DNA of 36,353 bases from Trichinella spiralis (GCF_000181795.1 NW_003526941.1:3931348-3967700); one strand, 5' to 3'. Positions 25,433-36,353 are shown, counted from the stretch's first letter. The notes: a model not told the origin generated them from the sequence alone. A program made the numbers and translations.

Positions 25433-28400
25433 CGTTGTAACTGTGTATTTAGTCATTTTCCTAGCGCTATCTTTAACTCCAAATCAGTTATTTCATCTAA
25501 TTAAAAATAGTTTGTTCAGTATTTCAATTTTGCTAAGTGATAAAACGAGAAAATCTTTGATACTACATTTAGTATTCTGACAGACATGACAAATGAAGAC
25601 ACAAAAAAAAATAAAACAAGGACGACACGTAGCAAATAGCACACTAAACGAAGCAGAAGAAAAAAAAGAAAAAAGGGATATGTGGTTGCCCGTGGAATCC
25701 AATTCTGAAAGTCAGGGCTAGGGATACTTCGAAAGACTGAAGTTATCCCATAGTTTAATTAAGTTCATGACAAACCTACATGGCTGAAATTTGAATTAAT
25801 CCAGTATTAACAGCAAAATTTACGTATGCAATTGCTTTCCTGTGTCAAAATAATTTTTGATTTTCATTTATTTTGTAATTTTTGTTTTTTTTCTTACATA
25901 GATTGATTTCGAACACTTTCCAAAGCAAATTCTTCTTTTTTTATTTTTCACAATTTTCCCATTTATTCAAACATCGTTATTTTTATTCAAAAAGGCAAGT
26001 CACAAAACAGTAGGCTTCAAAAAAGTTTCTCCAAATGATGAGATTTGTGTAAGTTGCATTTTTTAATTGATTGACATCATCGTATTGCTGAAAATGGATA
26101 TTGAATTTATAATTGCTTGACATAACTAGATTATGCTTTATCAAGAAGACATATATTTTGTGATAAATTTCATGTTTACGTTTAGCAGCAGTGTATTAAG
26201 TTATTAAAATTTTTAAAAGGAAAATAAATATATTATAAACGAATTATTGCTGAAAATAAAATACCAAAATATAAGCACTTTCGTGAAATCATCAATACAG
26301 ACGGCAAGCTGCACATGTTCTACAGCAGGTTGATGCTGTAATCCATGTAAACTGGCAATGAGTATAAAGCTAGGAGGTGGAAATCAGCATTTACTACTCA
26401 ATTCACTGGCTTTAATCAGCAATTCCATGACGAATTCACTACTACGAATTGTGCCGTCAGGCCTCACCATGTTTTATAAATTTATTTAATTGATTCAAAT
26501 AAACTATATAAAAACGATTTTTTTTTCGTATGTTCCAATTTTCATCTGCCATGGACTTGGTTATTATTGGAAAATGGAAAACATTTTCTTAAACGTTAGC
26601 GCAGTATTTTCCATTGGTACAAGGAAATGAATGTGAATTAGTGCGCGATGCAACGTTTGAAGTGCATAATAAATAACTGCTTTATAATTAGCCTCTATAT
26701 TTTGTCGTGCCATATATTATAATATAAAAATGATAACGATTCCACATTTTCTAACGCGACAACCGTGATGCACAACTTTCAGTAATTAACACTGCATGTG
26801 CATTACATTAAATTATCAATTCATTATGCTAGCGTTCTCAGTAAATGTTGTTTTGCCAATTTTTATTTTTTTGCATTCATTTCTCTTCTGTTCAAAGTGG
26901 TTGATTAAAGTCTGAATGAAACGCTCACTAAACAATCAGTTCCTTTAAATTAATGAATGAATTTCGCTGAACATTGCAAAGTATTATTATTGTGCAAGTG
27001 CAACTTCACTTACGTGTGGCACCATTTTATACTTCCTTAATTTACGCCATAATATTATTTGAGATATATAGTGACTTTTATATGTAACGTATTCAGCATT
27101 TTGTTGTTGTTCAGCAATTATTATAATCTTTGGTAATGGCTCATTACATTGTTATACGTTTTCAAAGCATACATGCATTTCTAGGTCAGCAGAGTAACTT
27201 TATGCTAATGTGATGGTAAACATTGCCGTTGGCATTCTGTTACGTGCACTTTGTGCCATTCAAATGCGGTAGCAATGTTCCTTATATAAATTTCTGTTTA
27301 TTGAGGGCACTCCATTATAGAATAAATGTTCGCTGCTGAAGGGCGGTCTAATTACTTACTGCATTGCGTTATTTGGTCATTTTCATGTTTCAGTTCAACA
27401 AATGCGTTGTGATTGTTGGACTGAAAATATGATGAAACCACGAACATCAGTTGGTAAATGTTTGGTTCTACGTTTGCTTTATACGTCATTCCTGGCAGGT
27501 CTGCTGACAGGTATGAATTTTTACGTATTTGCTATTTTTTCATACAATGTTTTCTTTCATTCTCTTGACATACTGCACTAAACATGCCCGCGTATAAAGC
27601 TTTTCCTAGTAGTTTGATTTTAGTCTTTTTGAATGGAAACTAACGCGTTGTGCTTCAGTAATGATGTTCAACTAATATTCGAGACTTTATTACGGACAAG
27701 CTAATATATAATAGTACTAATGGTGTATTTTGCTATAATTTTCAATAGTCCTTACAATCCATTTGTAAAGTAGTACTCTGACATAGCATTTGAACCCCTC
27801 CCGCATTATCTTTACTGTCCACTGTAATGTTTATTGCTAAGGGAACATACTTGTCCAATTGTTTAAAGGAAATGTCCGTCCCCGGGAAACTGCAGTCGCA
27901 CAATCGCACCCTTAAATGCTCGTCACTGATCAAATTGTGCACAGGATTGTTTCAGCATGACATAGGAAAGCTGCTGTTAGCTAGAAAAAACACTTTTATA
28001 CTACCACCTTTGATACTTTCAGAATGGCAGTAACGTTCCCTTCATTTTTGAAATGACTCCTTAAAGTTTTTATTATGTCATTGTACCGCCAATAGCACTG
28101 ACTTATACAGATGCCCCTTTTTTATATCATTGAGGAAATACCTCAGTGACCATCAATGTTGTCAGTATTGATAAATAACTTCCACCACTTCAACTTCCAC
28201 CTCCTCCATCCTTCAACTTCTTACTCATTCCTTTCTGCTGTACTGTCCCGCCCTCCTTTCCTTTCTAATGATCCCCATCATTGAGCTCGTAGTAATACTA
28301 AGCTTAACAGAGTGCCCACCCTTTTTTCGAGCTGAATGAACAGCACTTAGCTGTTTTTATCTCATATAAATCTAATTTCTCATAATTGCTCTCGACTAGC

Positions 28401-28771
28401 AATATAACCAAATCCAGGCTACTTCTGATTCTTTTGTTTTATTCTTTTCATAGAATGCAATGCAGAATTGTCACCTGCATAAGTTTCTTGAATTCATTGC
28501 AAATCGTTCAGTTACTGAATTTCTGCGAGTAGGTTTATCTTACAGTGTATGAAGCGCAGTGGTGCAGTGCTCAACGAAGTTTGCAATCTTGTCATAAATC
28601 ATAAGGTGCAAACAAAAGTTTAGATGAGCTGTCAACCGGCATATCCACTGGAGCAGCCGCTTACCATCATTATGTCTACGCTGCGCACTTGTTAATTCTG
28701 TGCTGAGATAAATTATATCTTATAAAATTTCTGTCGCAGTTCTTATTATCATAAAATTTCATGACAACTTT

Positions 28772-31080
28772 AATTTTCCATAAATCTGAAAACGTATTTT
28801 ATTTTCGAAACTATTTTCAATGGAAGCTATTTTTTTATTATCCATATAATTTTGATTAGAAGAAACGCATTGATAAAATATAAATTATTGAATCACCTTG
28901 TACTTTCAAGCAACTAAATTACACAACATCATAAATACGCAGTGATAGCATTTCCGTTTATTTTTAGTAATTTGCGATGCTTCATGTTAATAAGTTTACG
29001 TTTTAGGTAATTTTAGGGAAGAAATTTGCATAACAATGCAATATTGCGTAGTAATAGGAAGTGTGTAAATAAAAACGTAATAAATTTCATCGTCTCGTTT
29101 CATAATGTTGCTCGTAATGTTTATTTTACTGCGCTATTACTGATGGAAAATTAGGTTGATCTTCCTGAGGCAAAGTAAATAGTCATTTGCATAATTTACT
29201 TATTATACAATTGACTAAGCACATCGATTTTATTAGGCTATGCAGTTCATTGCAATGCTATCAATCTAGCACGTGGTCAACTATAATTCCGCTCTTCAAC
29301 ACCATCCATGAATGACTGGTAAGTTGGATTTCATATTTTGGTGGTGGCATGCTGTGCATGTTATGTTACATGTATGGTGAATGGAAACTGGCGGGTCTCT
29401 TTTCTAATGTTATTATTGCTAACTTTTAGGTATATCAGATGCTAAAGACGAAGTAGTACATATTTTTTGTTTTTTATTTTGAGATGGCTGTATTAATATA
29501 ATTTTCTTTCAGAATTCTCATTATTATGTATTCATATCAATGAATGTGAAACAACCAAATTCTGAAAACTGAATATGGTAACTATGCATCATGATGAATA
29601 TGCCTTGCTTTTTACTTGAATTTTTCTGTTAAATTTAAGTTGAAGGTTGCAGTGCCATTAGCGCTACATTGCTTTCATTCTAACTGCAGCATTAATATTA
29701 AATTATCATGTATATGATATCATTGATTAGGTGCTCTTTATTCAATTCTTTTAAGAATTGAAAATTACATTCGCCTTGCTACGTTTTGAAAATGCCCAGA
29801 TGCAATCTATTATCAGTAAAGACAGGTAAAAGTTGTTGAACAGTGGTTGTTGGAGTTGCTTACATAGCGTTCAAAAAACATATGACAAAAAACAGTAAGT
29901 ATTGAATTTGTTGAATTAGACAGCAAGACGATGGGCGTATTAGATATATGTACAATCTGGTAAAATCTTTAATAACAGATTACGTCATCAGCTGAGCTTT
30001 TATGGAGTTTTATTTGTTCTGAGCACCGTGATAAGTCATGTTCACATCACTTCGTTCAAAATGTGGCATCACAAACATCCGTAAGTATTGAATTTGCTCC
30101 TGATTGCATTGTATACATTTTATCCACGACAGCATTACATTGACGTTAATGGAATACGATATTTCTTCTGATAGCGCTCTGAGTTAGTTGAAGTTGGTGC
30201 AGTGACGCTTCCCGGTTGTTCTAGTGTAGTTTCACTTATCATAAGAGTAAGAAGGAATTGATTGTAATTGTAGCAGATTTCTCTGAGTCAGTCGAGCAGC
30301 GTTCATATACATCCTTACAACGTATTGTCAGTGCGCTTCCAATGTAATATGACAAAAATTAGTAAGTAGTTTTTGTTTATAATAGCTGTGGATTATGTCG
30401 TCTCATGAGGCCTGTCCTGATGCCAACCAGTGTTCACCTGTAAATAATGGCGTTTTCTAGCCGTCCCAGTGTGCCTTTGCTTATCACAAATAGTAAGAAA
30501 GAATTTGTGACAGCAATCAAATACGTTAAATCAATACAACCAGTATGTCGCTTGGCAAACTGGCTCTTCCGTTTAGTCGCAGCCGATGCCACTCAAATTG
30601 CGTTTCCTATGGTTTCGATGTTTGTCCTTGTCACATAGGGTAAGGAAGAATTAAGCAAGCTTTAATGTTTAAGTGCGTGAATATGAGAGCCGCATCGTGA
30701 TTGCCCCATCGAATAAGGTAAGTAGTTCCATTTTTTTTTCAAATTTTGTAAACTTAAAAAACAGTGAAGTGAACTGTTATTCGTCTTCAATTTTTATAGT
30801 GTTTTTCATATCAACTGTATATTACGACTAATATTGTATATTTTACAGATTTGTATCTTGTATATCCTACAAAGATCCTACATACACATTACATTGTGTT
30901 TATCCTTGTATATCCATCATACATTACATCATACATTATCATTTGTTTTTATTTTCATTTTTCAAGTCAGTCGACTGATTTTCAGTTCTTGATTTCAGAA
31001 TCATTTTTGTCCTTGTATAGGTAATTCAAGTGAATTTTAATTTTAGATCTGCATTTATAGAAATGCAAGATAGTAATTTG
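28772..31080 (+). pseudogene. Copy A of a repeated multi-exon-like unit (short blocks bounded by ..ag / gtaagt), apparently decayed
   Basis: Regular donor/acceptor-like sites (e.g. 29511, 29578, 29978, 30081, 30362, 30718). Homologous to 31286-32694 (direct) and 34150-35700 (inverted). No continuous reading frame could be assembled. Confidence 0.45.
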
Positions 31081-31084
31081 CATA

Positions 31085-31275
31085 CAGGTAAGGTGGTGTT
31101 GAGGTAAGTGGAGTAACGGTTTCACAGCGTAGAGGTATGTGTAATGCAGGTAAGTAGCGTCAAAGTAAGTGGATAGCGTAAAGGTAAGTGGATAGAAGGT
31201 AAGTACGATAGCGTGGAGGTAAGTGGATAAAAGGTAAGTACGATAGCGTGGAGGTAAGGGATAAAAGGTAAGTAC
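31085..31275 (+). repeat. AGGTAAGT-motif tandem array, degenerate left edge grading into 35-bp units; runs into a gap
   Basis: GATAGCGTGGAGGTAAGTGGATAAAAGGTAAGTAC units from ~31207 to 31275, with looser GGTAAG/GGTATG copies from 31085. Confidence 0.9.
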
Positions 31276-31285
31276 NNNNNNNNNN

Positions 31286-32694
31286 AATTTTCCCATAAAT
31301 CTGAAATAACGAATATTGTTTTTTTGAAATCTGATTTCAATTGGCAAGTTGATTTTTTTTTTTTCCATATCATTCTGATTTAGAAGAAGAAGCATTGGTA
31401 AAATTTAAATAATTGAATCACAATTGACCTTGCAAGCACAAGAATTTCACAACCTCATCATTATGCAGTGACAGCAATTGCATTTATTTTTAGTAATATG
31501 AGATGGTTCATGTTAATAAGTTTAAGTTTTAGGTAATTTTAGGGAAAAAGAAGGCATAACAATGCCAAATCAATTAGTAATAGTAATAGGGTAAATAAAA
31601 ACGTAATAAAAATCATCGTCTTGTTTCATAATGTTGCTCGTAATGGTTATGTTAATGCGCTATTACTGATGGAAAAGTAGGTTGATCTTCATGATGCAAA
31701 GTAAATAGTCATTTGCATAATTTTAATATAATACAATTGCATAAGCACATGGATTTTGTTAGGATATGCAGTTCAAGGCAATGGTATCAATATAGCACGT
31801 GCTCAACTTTAATTACGATTTTCATCTCCATCCATGAATGACTGGTAAGTTGGATTTCTATTTTGGTGGTGGCATGCTGTGCATGTTATGTTACAGGTAT
31901 GGGGAAGGGAAACGGGCGGGTCTCTTTTTTAATGTTATTATTGCTAACTTTTAGGTATATCAGATGCTAAAGACGAAGTAGTACATATTTTTTGTTTTTT
32001 ATTTTGAGATGGCTGTATTAATATAATTTTCTTTCAGAATTCTCATTATTATGTATTCATATCAATGAATGTGAAACTCTGAAAACTGAATATGGTAACT
32101 ATGCATCATGATGAATATGCCTTGCTTTTTACTTGAATTTTTCTGTTAAATTTAAGTTGAAGGTTGCAGTGCCATTAGCGCTACATTGCTTTCATTCTAA
32201 CTGCAGCATTAATATTAAATTATCATGTATATGATATCATTGATTAGGTGCTCTTTATTCAATTCTTTTAAGAATTGAAAATTACATTCGCCTTGCTACG
32301 TTTTGAAAATGCCCAGATGCAATCTATTATCAGTAAAGACAGGTAAAAGTTGTTGAACAGTGGTTGTTGGAGTTGCTTACATAGCGTTCAAAAAACATAT
32401 GACAAAAAACAGTAAGTATTGAATTTGTTGAATTAGACAGCAAGACGATGGGCGTATTAGATATATGTACAATCTGGTAAAATCTTTAATAACAGATTAC
32501 GTCATCAGCTGAGCTTTTATGGAGTTTTATTTGTTTTGAGCACCGTGATAAGTCATGTTCACATCACTTCGTTCAAAATGTGGCATCACAAACATCCGTA
32601 AGTATTGAATTTGCTCCTGATTGCATTGTATACATTTTATCCACGACAGCATTACATTGACGTTAATGGAATACGATTTTCTTCTGATAGCGCT
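31286..32694 (+). repeat. Direct duplicate of 28772-30178 (gap-bounded contig)
   Basis: Both copies start aattttcc(c)ataaatctgaaa and end ctgatagcgct. Near-identical over the 3' ~800 bp and noisy at the 5' end. Confidence 0.92.
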
Positions 32695-32704
32695 NNNNNN
32701 NNNN

Positions 32705-33090
32705 GATAGCGTGGAGGTAAGTGGATAAAAGGTAAGTACGATAGCGTGGAGGTAAGTGGATAAAAGGTAAGTACGATAGCGTGGAGGTAAGTGGATAAAA
32801 GGTAAGTACGATAGCGTAGAGGTAAGTGGATAAAAGGTAAGTACGATAGCGTAGAGGTAAGTGGATAAAAGGTAAGTAGGATAGCGTAGAGGTAAGTGGA
32901 TAAAAGGTAAGTAGGATAGCGTAGAGGTAAGTGGATAAAAGGTAAGTAGGATAGCGTAGAGGTAAGTACGATAACGAAGAGGTAAGTGGATAAAAGGTAA
33001 GTAAAATGCTTTAAAATAAAAGTACAGGTAAGTGTAAGTGGAGAGTCCGGGTATTGCAGAACAAATTGTAAGTACAGTTAGGCAAGTAGA
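32705..33090 (+). repeat. 35-bp minisatellite with two AGGTAAGT motifs per unit (7 full units 32705-32949 plus partial and degenerate copies)
   Basis: Unit starts at 32705, 32740, 32775, 32810, 32845, 32880 and 32915. Consensus GATAGCGTRGAGGTAAGTGGATAAAAGGTAAGTAS. Confidence 0.95.
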
Positions 33091-33099
33091 AAGAAAGGC

Positions 33100-33490
33100 C
33101 TGAATTTTAACCGCTTAGGGGTAATATGCAAATTTTCATATCCCTAAAGGCAAATATTGTGCAATAAAATGCTTTCGGCATAGCCTGCGGGAATATGCAA
33201 ATTTTTATTTGCCCTGGGGCATAGCCCGAGGCGACGCCTAGGGCTAAATTTCAAAAAATTTCGAAATTTTCAAAAAATTGCCTGAGGCATAGCCCCAGGC
33301 GTAGCCTGAGGGCAAAAAAAATTTGCATATTACCCTGAGGCGATTAAAAATTTGCATAAAAACCTCCTTAGGGCAAATATTGTGCTAAAAATTGCCTGGG
33401 GGATAGCCTGCGGGAATATGCAAATTTTTATTTGCCCTGGGGCATAGCCCGAGCGACGCCTAGGGCTAAATTTCAAAAATTTCGAAATTT
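33100..33490. repeat. ~223-bp quasi-palindromic satellite (left part)
   Basis: TAGCCTGCGGGAATATGCAAATTTTTATTTGCCCTGGGGCATAGCCCGAG occurs at 33181 and 33404. Internal inverted arms AATATGCAAATTTTT..TGCCC / GGGCAAA..AAATTTGCATATT surround AAATTTCGAAATTT. Confidence 0.9.
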
Positions 33491-33500
33491 NNNNNNNNNN

Positions 33501-33972
33501 CCAGTTGTTGTTGTGTGCAGTTGTCGTATGTTTTCGAAAGGGAATCCGGTTGATATTCCGGAACCGAGTAACGGAGACAAAGAGTAGCGCTTTAATCTCT
33601 CTGTGGGGTTGGCGTTCAACTCAATCGCGCGGTAACGCAAGCGAACTCGGAAAATGACCGTCGTGAGTTTCGAAAAGAGTTTTCTTTTCTTTTTAAGGGA
33701 CGCATTCCCTGGAACCGGGTTGTCCGGAGATAGGGATTCTGGTATCCATAAAACGCCGACTTTTTCACGGTGTTCGGAGCGCTCTCGTCGGTACGTGAAA
33801 ATCCGAGCGACGCCTGGTAAATCTCGTACTTGGTCGTACTGATATCCGCAGCAGGTCTCCTAGGTGAATAGCCTCTGGCCGATAGAATAATGTAGGTAAG
33901 GGAAGTCGGCAAAACGGATCCGTAACTTCGGAACAAGGATTGGCTCTAAGGGCTGGGCCGATCGGGCTGAGG
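33501..33972 (+). rRNA. 28S rRNA: 28S (LSU) rRNA gene fragment, from the end of expansion segment V/D7a to the start of D8; truncated
   Basis: Conserved LSU core: CGAAAGGGAATCCGGTT, CCGCAGCAGGTCTCC, AATGTAGGTAAGGGAAGTCGGCAA..GATCCGTAACTTCGG..AAGGATTGGCTCTAAGGGCTGGG. Bounded by a gap on the left and a repeat array on the right. Confidence 0.95.
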
Positions 33973-34150
33973 TTTCTACTTACCTTGTATGCGTAGACTA
34001 CTTACCTTCAGAAGTATGCTTACCTTCACATTTATACTTACCTTCACATTTATACTTACCTTCCCATTTATACTTACCTTCTCAATTGTACTTACCTTCA
34101 CACCTATTCTTACCTGACTTACCCATTTTTCTTCATACTTACCTCTAGTC
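33973..34150 (-). repeat. ACTTACCT (minus-strand AGGTAAGT) array with 18-22 bp spacing
   Basis: ATACTTACCTTCACATTT and GACTACTTACCTTC units, same type as at 36175-36353. Confidence 0.9.
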
Positions 34151-35700
34151 TACTTCCAAGACTTTACGCAATTTACTTAGCCATGTTGCCTTGAACTGAA
34201 TCTCTGAATATTAACTGGATCTAAAATAAATTCTTACGTAAACTAAAATCTTGAACACTGGTACCAAACAATTGCAAATGGATATCTGAAAAGCAAAGCT
34301 ATAAAAACCTGAAAAACAGAAACAACAAAATTTACACTAAACCAGTATATGTACGTACGTCGACAAACTGAGCGGCAGGAACTGGTGGTAGTGCTTTGTG
34401 ACGACGTTTTTATTTATCGACGTGATTAGAACTCTTTGTAAAAAAACCACATGTTCAATAACGCATAGTAACCAAAAAATGGAATTTCATTCATCTAAAT
34501 CTAAACTTAATTTGATTCTGAAAATATTTGCAAAACAAGTATGCTTAAAAGTAAATAATATTAAACTGATATAAAACAGCCATATTATAAAAAATTGAAG
34601 ACAAATAACAGTGCATCGTTGTTCCTTAATTACTAAGCAATGATTAATAAGTACAAATAATTACTAAGTATACAAATTTGCAGAAAAATTACTTGTTACA
34701 TTTGGTTGTCATTCAGGATGCAGTTGCGCGCTAAAACACTCAATTAAGCATTCTTAGTCTGTGATAAGCCACATTACAGTGTGACCGCTGTCACTCAAAG
34801 TAAACGAAACCTCTACTTACTAATTTGTCATATCACTTTGGTCATATCATGGCAATGATGGCAATTCACACTACCAAATTTGTAGAATATACACGGGCAT
34901 CAGCGCAATTCGACTGTATTGACAATATCTGCAACTAATACAAATCTTTTTACTTTTACAATAAGGGAAACCACACTGATTCCTGTATCATTACTGGGTA
35001 ACAACATTACGCCGCTTTCTAATTTCTAATGACGCAGAGCGCCATCAGTATGAATGGTAAAAATGTTGATGATGTAATCCATTCCTATAATGGCCAAAAG
35101 CAGTACTTACTTATTTTCTGATGCCACATTTAGAACGCATTGATGTAAACTTGATATACCATGTTGGCCAGAGCGACAGGAATTAGAAAACGCTTCGATT
35201 ATGATGACGCCCTCTGCTAAATTCAATAACAAGCAGCATACAGTATCAAATATAAGTAGAATTAGAAATCATTAATAATAGTAACAGACTATGGAATAGT
35301 AGTTACTGATTTTTGTCATGCACATCCTTCCCAAATGGTAGTTAGGGTTTCCTCCACAGTGCACAAAAAAGAAGTATAACAAACATCATTGAAAAAGTTC
35401 CACTGCATTTGCATAACCCATAGCTATAATATACTGCATCAAATTCATTCTTACTCTGAAGATGAAGTAAACCAGAAAGCGGAACTGTTGAGACACATGA
35501 CTGCTCACGGTAGAAACAGAGCGATTGTTAAACTAAAAAACAGTAATAAATAACACAAAGAAATAAAACATTCGATAAAGAAACATAGTTACATAGTTAG
35601 CATAGTTACCATATTTAATTAGTCTTCAGAATCAGGTTGCTTTCACATTCCCCACATAAAATAATGTCAATTCTGAAAGGTAAATTATATCACAAAATAA
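34150..35700 (-). pseudogene. Inverted, diverged paralog of ~29490-31080 (multi-exon-like unit)
   Basis: Reverse-complement anchors: CATAGTTACCATATT (35601 vs ~29573), TGATGCCACATTT (35119 vs ~30059), AATTGAAGACAAATAACAG (~34592 vs ~30774), GATCTAAAAT (~34218 vs ~31040). One exon reads EGVIIIEAFSNSCRSGQHGISSLHQCVLNVASEN. It may be a functional gene. Confidence 0.5.
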
Positions 35701-35755
35701 AAAAACAAGAACAAAGATAAAACAAACATCGGTGCTGATCGTGGTNNNNNNNNNN

Positions 35756-36060
35756 CCCTGAGGCGATCAAAAATTTGCATAAAACTTTCCTTAGGGCAAA
35801 TATTGTGCTAAAAATTGCCTGGGGGATAGCCTGCGGGAATATGCAAATTTTTATTTGCCCTGGGGCGTAGCCTGAGGGTAAAGCCTGGGGCTATATTTTA
35901 AAAAATTCGAAATTTTCAGAATTTTGCCTGAGGCATAGCCCCAGGCGTAGCCTGAGGCATAGCCCCAGGCGTAGCCTGAGGGCAAATAAAAATTTGCATA
36001 TTACCCATAGGTGATTAAAAATTTGCATATTTCATTAAATAAATCGCCTGAGGCTTAAAA
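35756..36060. repeat. ~223-bp quasi-palindromic satellite (right part), same orientation as 33100-33490
   Basis: 35756 onward matches 33333 onward (CCCTGAGGCGATYAAAAATTTGCATAAAA..CCTTAGGGCAAATATTGTGCTAAAAATTGCCTGGGGGATAGCC). Confidence 0.9.
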
Positions 36061-36067
36061 TTTGTAA

Positions 36068-36353
36068 TTTCTATTTACAAGTACATTTACCTTCACTCTT
36101 TACATATACTTTACAATGCTCACCTTCATACCACTTACCTTCACCTATGCAGTAATCACCTTCATATATATATTCATACTTACCTTCACCCTATAGACTA
36201 CTTACCCTCACATTTATACTTACCTTCACCCTATAGACTACTTACCTTCACATTTATACTTCCCTTCACCCTATAGACTACTTACCTTCACCCTGTAGAC
36301 TACTTACCTTCACATTTATACTTACCTTCACATTCATACTTACCTTCACATTT
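36068..36353 (-). repeat. ACTTACCT (minus-strand AGGTAAGT) array of 18-bp and 22-bp units; runs off the window
   Basis: Alternating ACTTACCTTCACATTTAT and ACTTACCTTCACCCTATAGACT. Confidence 0.93.

Noticed and set aside
27720..28330. Compositionally distinct, pyrimidine-rich block with two short ORFs, possibly an inserted element
   Set aside because: No terminal repeats, target-site duplication or transposase/RT motif could be identified.
29512..29577. Two in-frame TGA codons in an exon-like block as selenocysteine
   Set aside because: Comparison with the paralog (GAA TGT GAA AGC) shows the TGAs arise from local frameshifts. No SECIS was recognised.
30982..31395. Repetitive Tyr/Leu/Thr-rich minus-strand ORFs
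   Set aside because: They are translations of the 35-bp minisatellite and cross an assembly gap.
32705..33005. Repeat array as a CRISPR locus
   Set aside because: The spacers are themselves repeated, the context is eukaryotic and there are no cas genes.
33616..33936. 106-aa minus-strand ORF and the overlapping 62-aa plus-strand ORF
   Set aside because: Both lie wholly within 28S rRNA. Such rDNA ORFs are common annotation artefacts.
36175..36353. U1 snRNA genes or spliced-leader RNA genes
   Set aside because: Only the first ~10 nt of U1 match. No U1 stem-loops or Sm site follow, and 18-22 bp units are too short for SL RNA genes.

Overview
Eukaryotic, AT-rich, intron-containing draft genomic DNA from a nematode, almost certainly Trichinella. 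The 28S fragment carries GCAGTTGTCGTATGTTTTCG at 33517-33536, which I recognise as the expansion-segment-V site used for Trichinella typing. The first 22 kb is gene-dense: the 3' part of DcpS, a BTB-BACK-C2H2 zinc-finger gene, an OXR1/NCOA7-like LysM-TLDc gene, a ZnT6-like transporter, an LDLa-TM-PPxY protein, proline dehydrogenase and an acidic orphan. It also holds a pair of tiny spliced ORFs missed by the ORF track: a 44-aa membrane micropeptide whose stop lies 15 nt upstream of an NDUFB1-like ORF in the same exon, i.e. an apparent bicistronic mRNA. The last ~8 kb is repetitive and gapped. It contains decayed copies of a multi-exon gene family, convergent tandem arrays of perfect 5' splice-site/U1-pairing motifs (AGGTAAGT) flanking a ~223-bp palindromic satellite rich in ATGCAAAT and GCCNNNGGC motifs, and an orphan 28S rDNA piece fused to one array. 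Contig order across the 10-N gaps is uncertain. Exon boundaries were read by eye and all family assignments come from motif recognition, not database searches.
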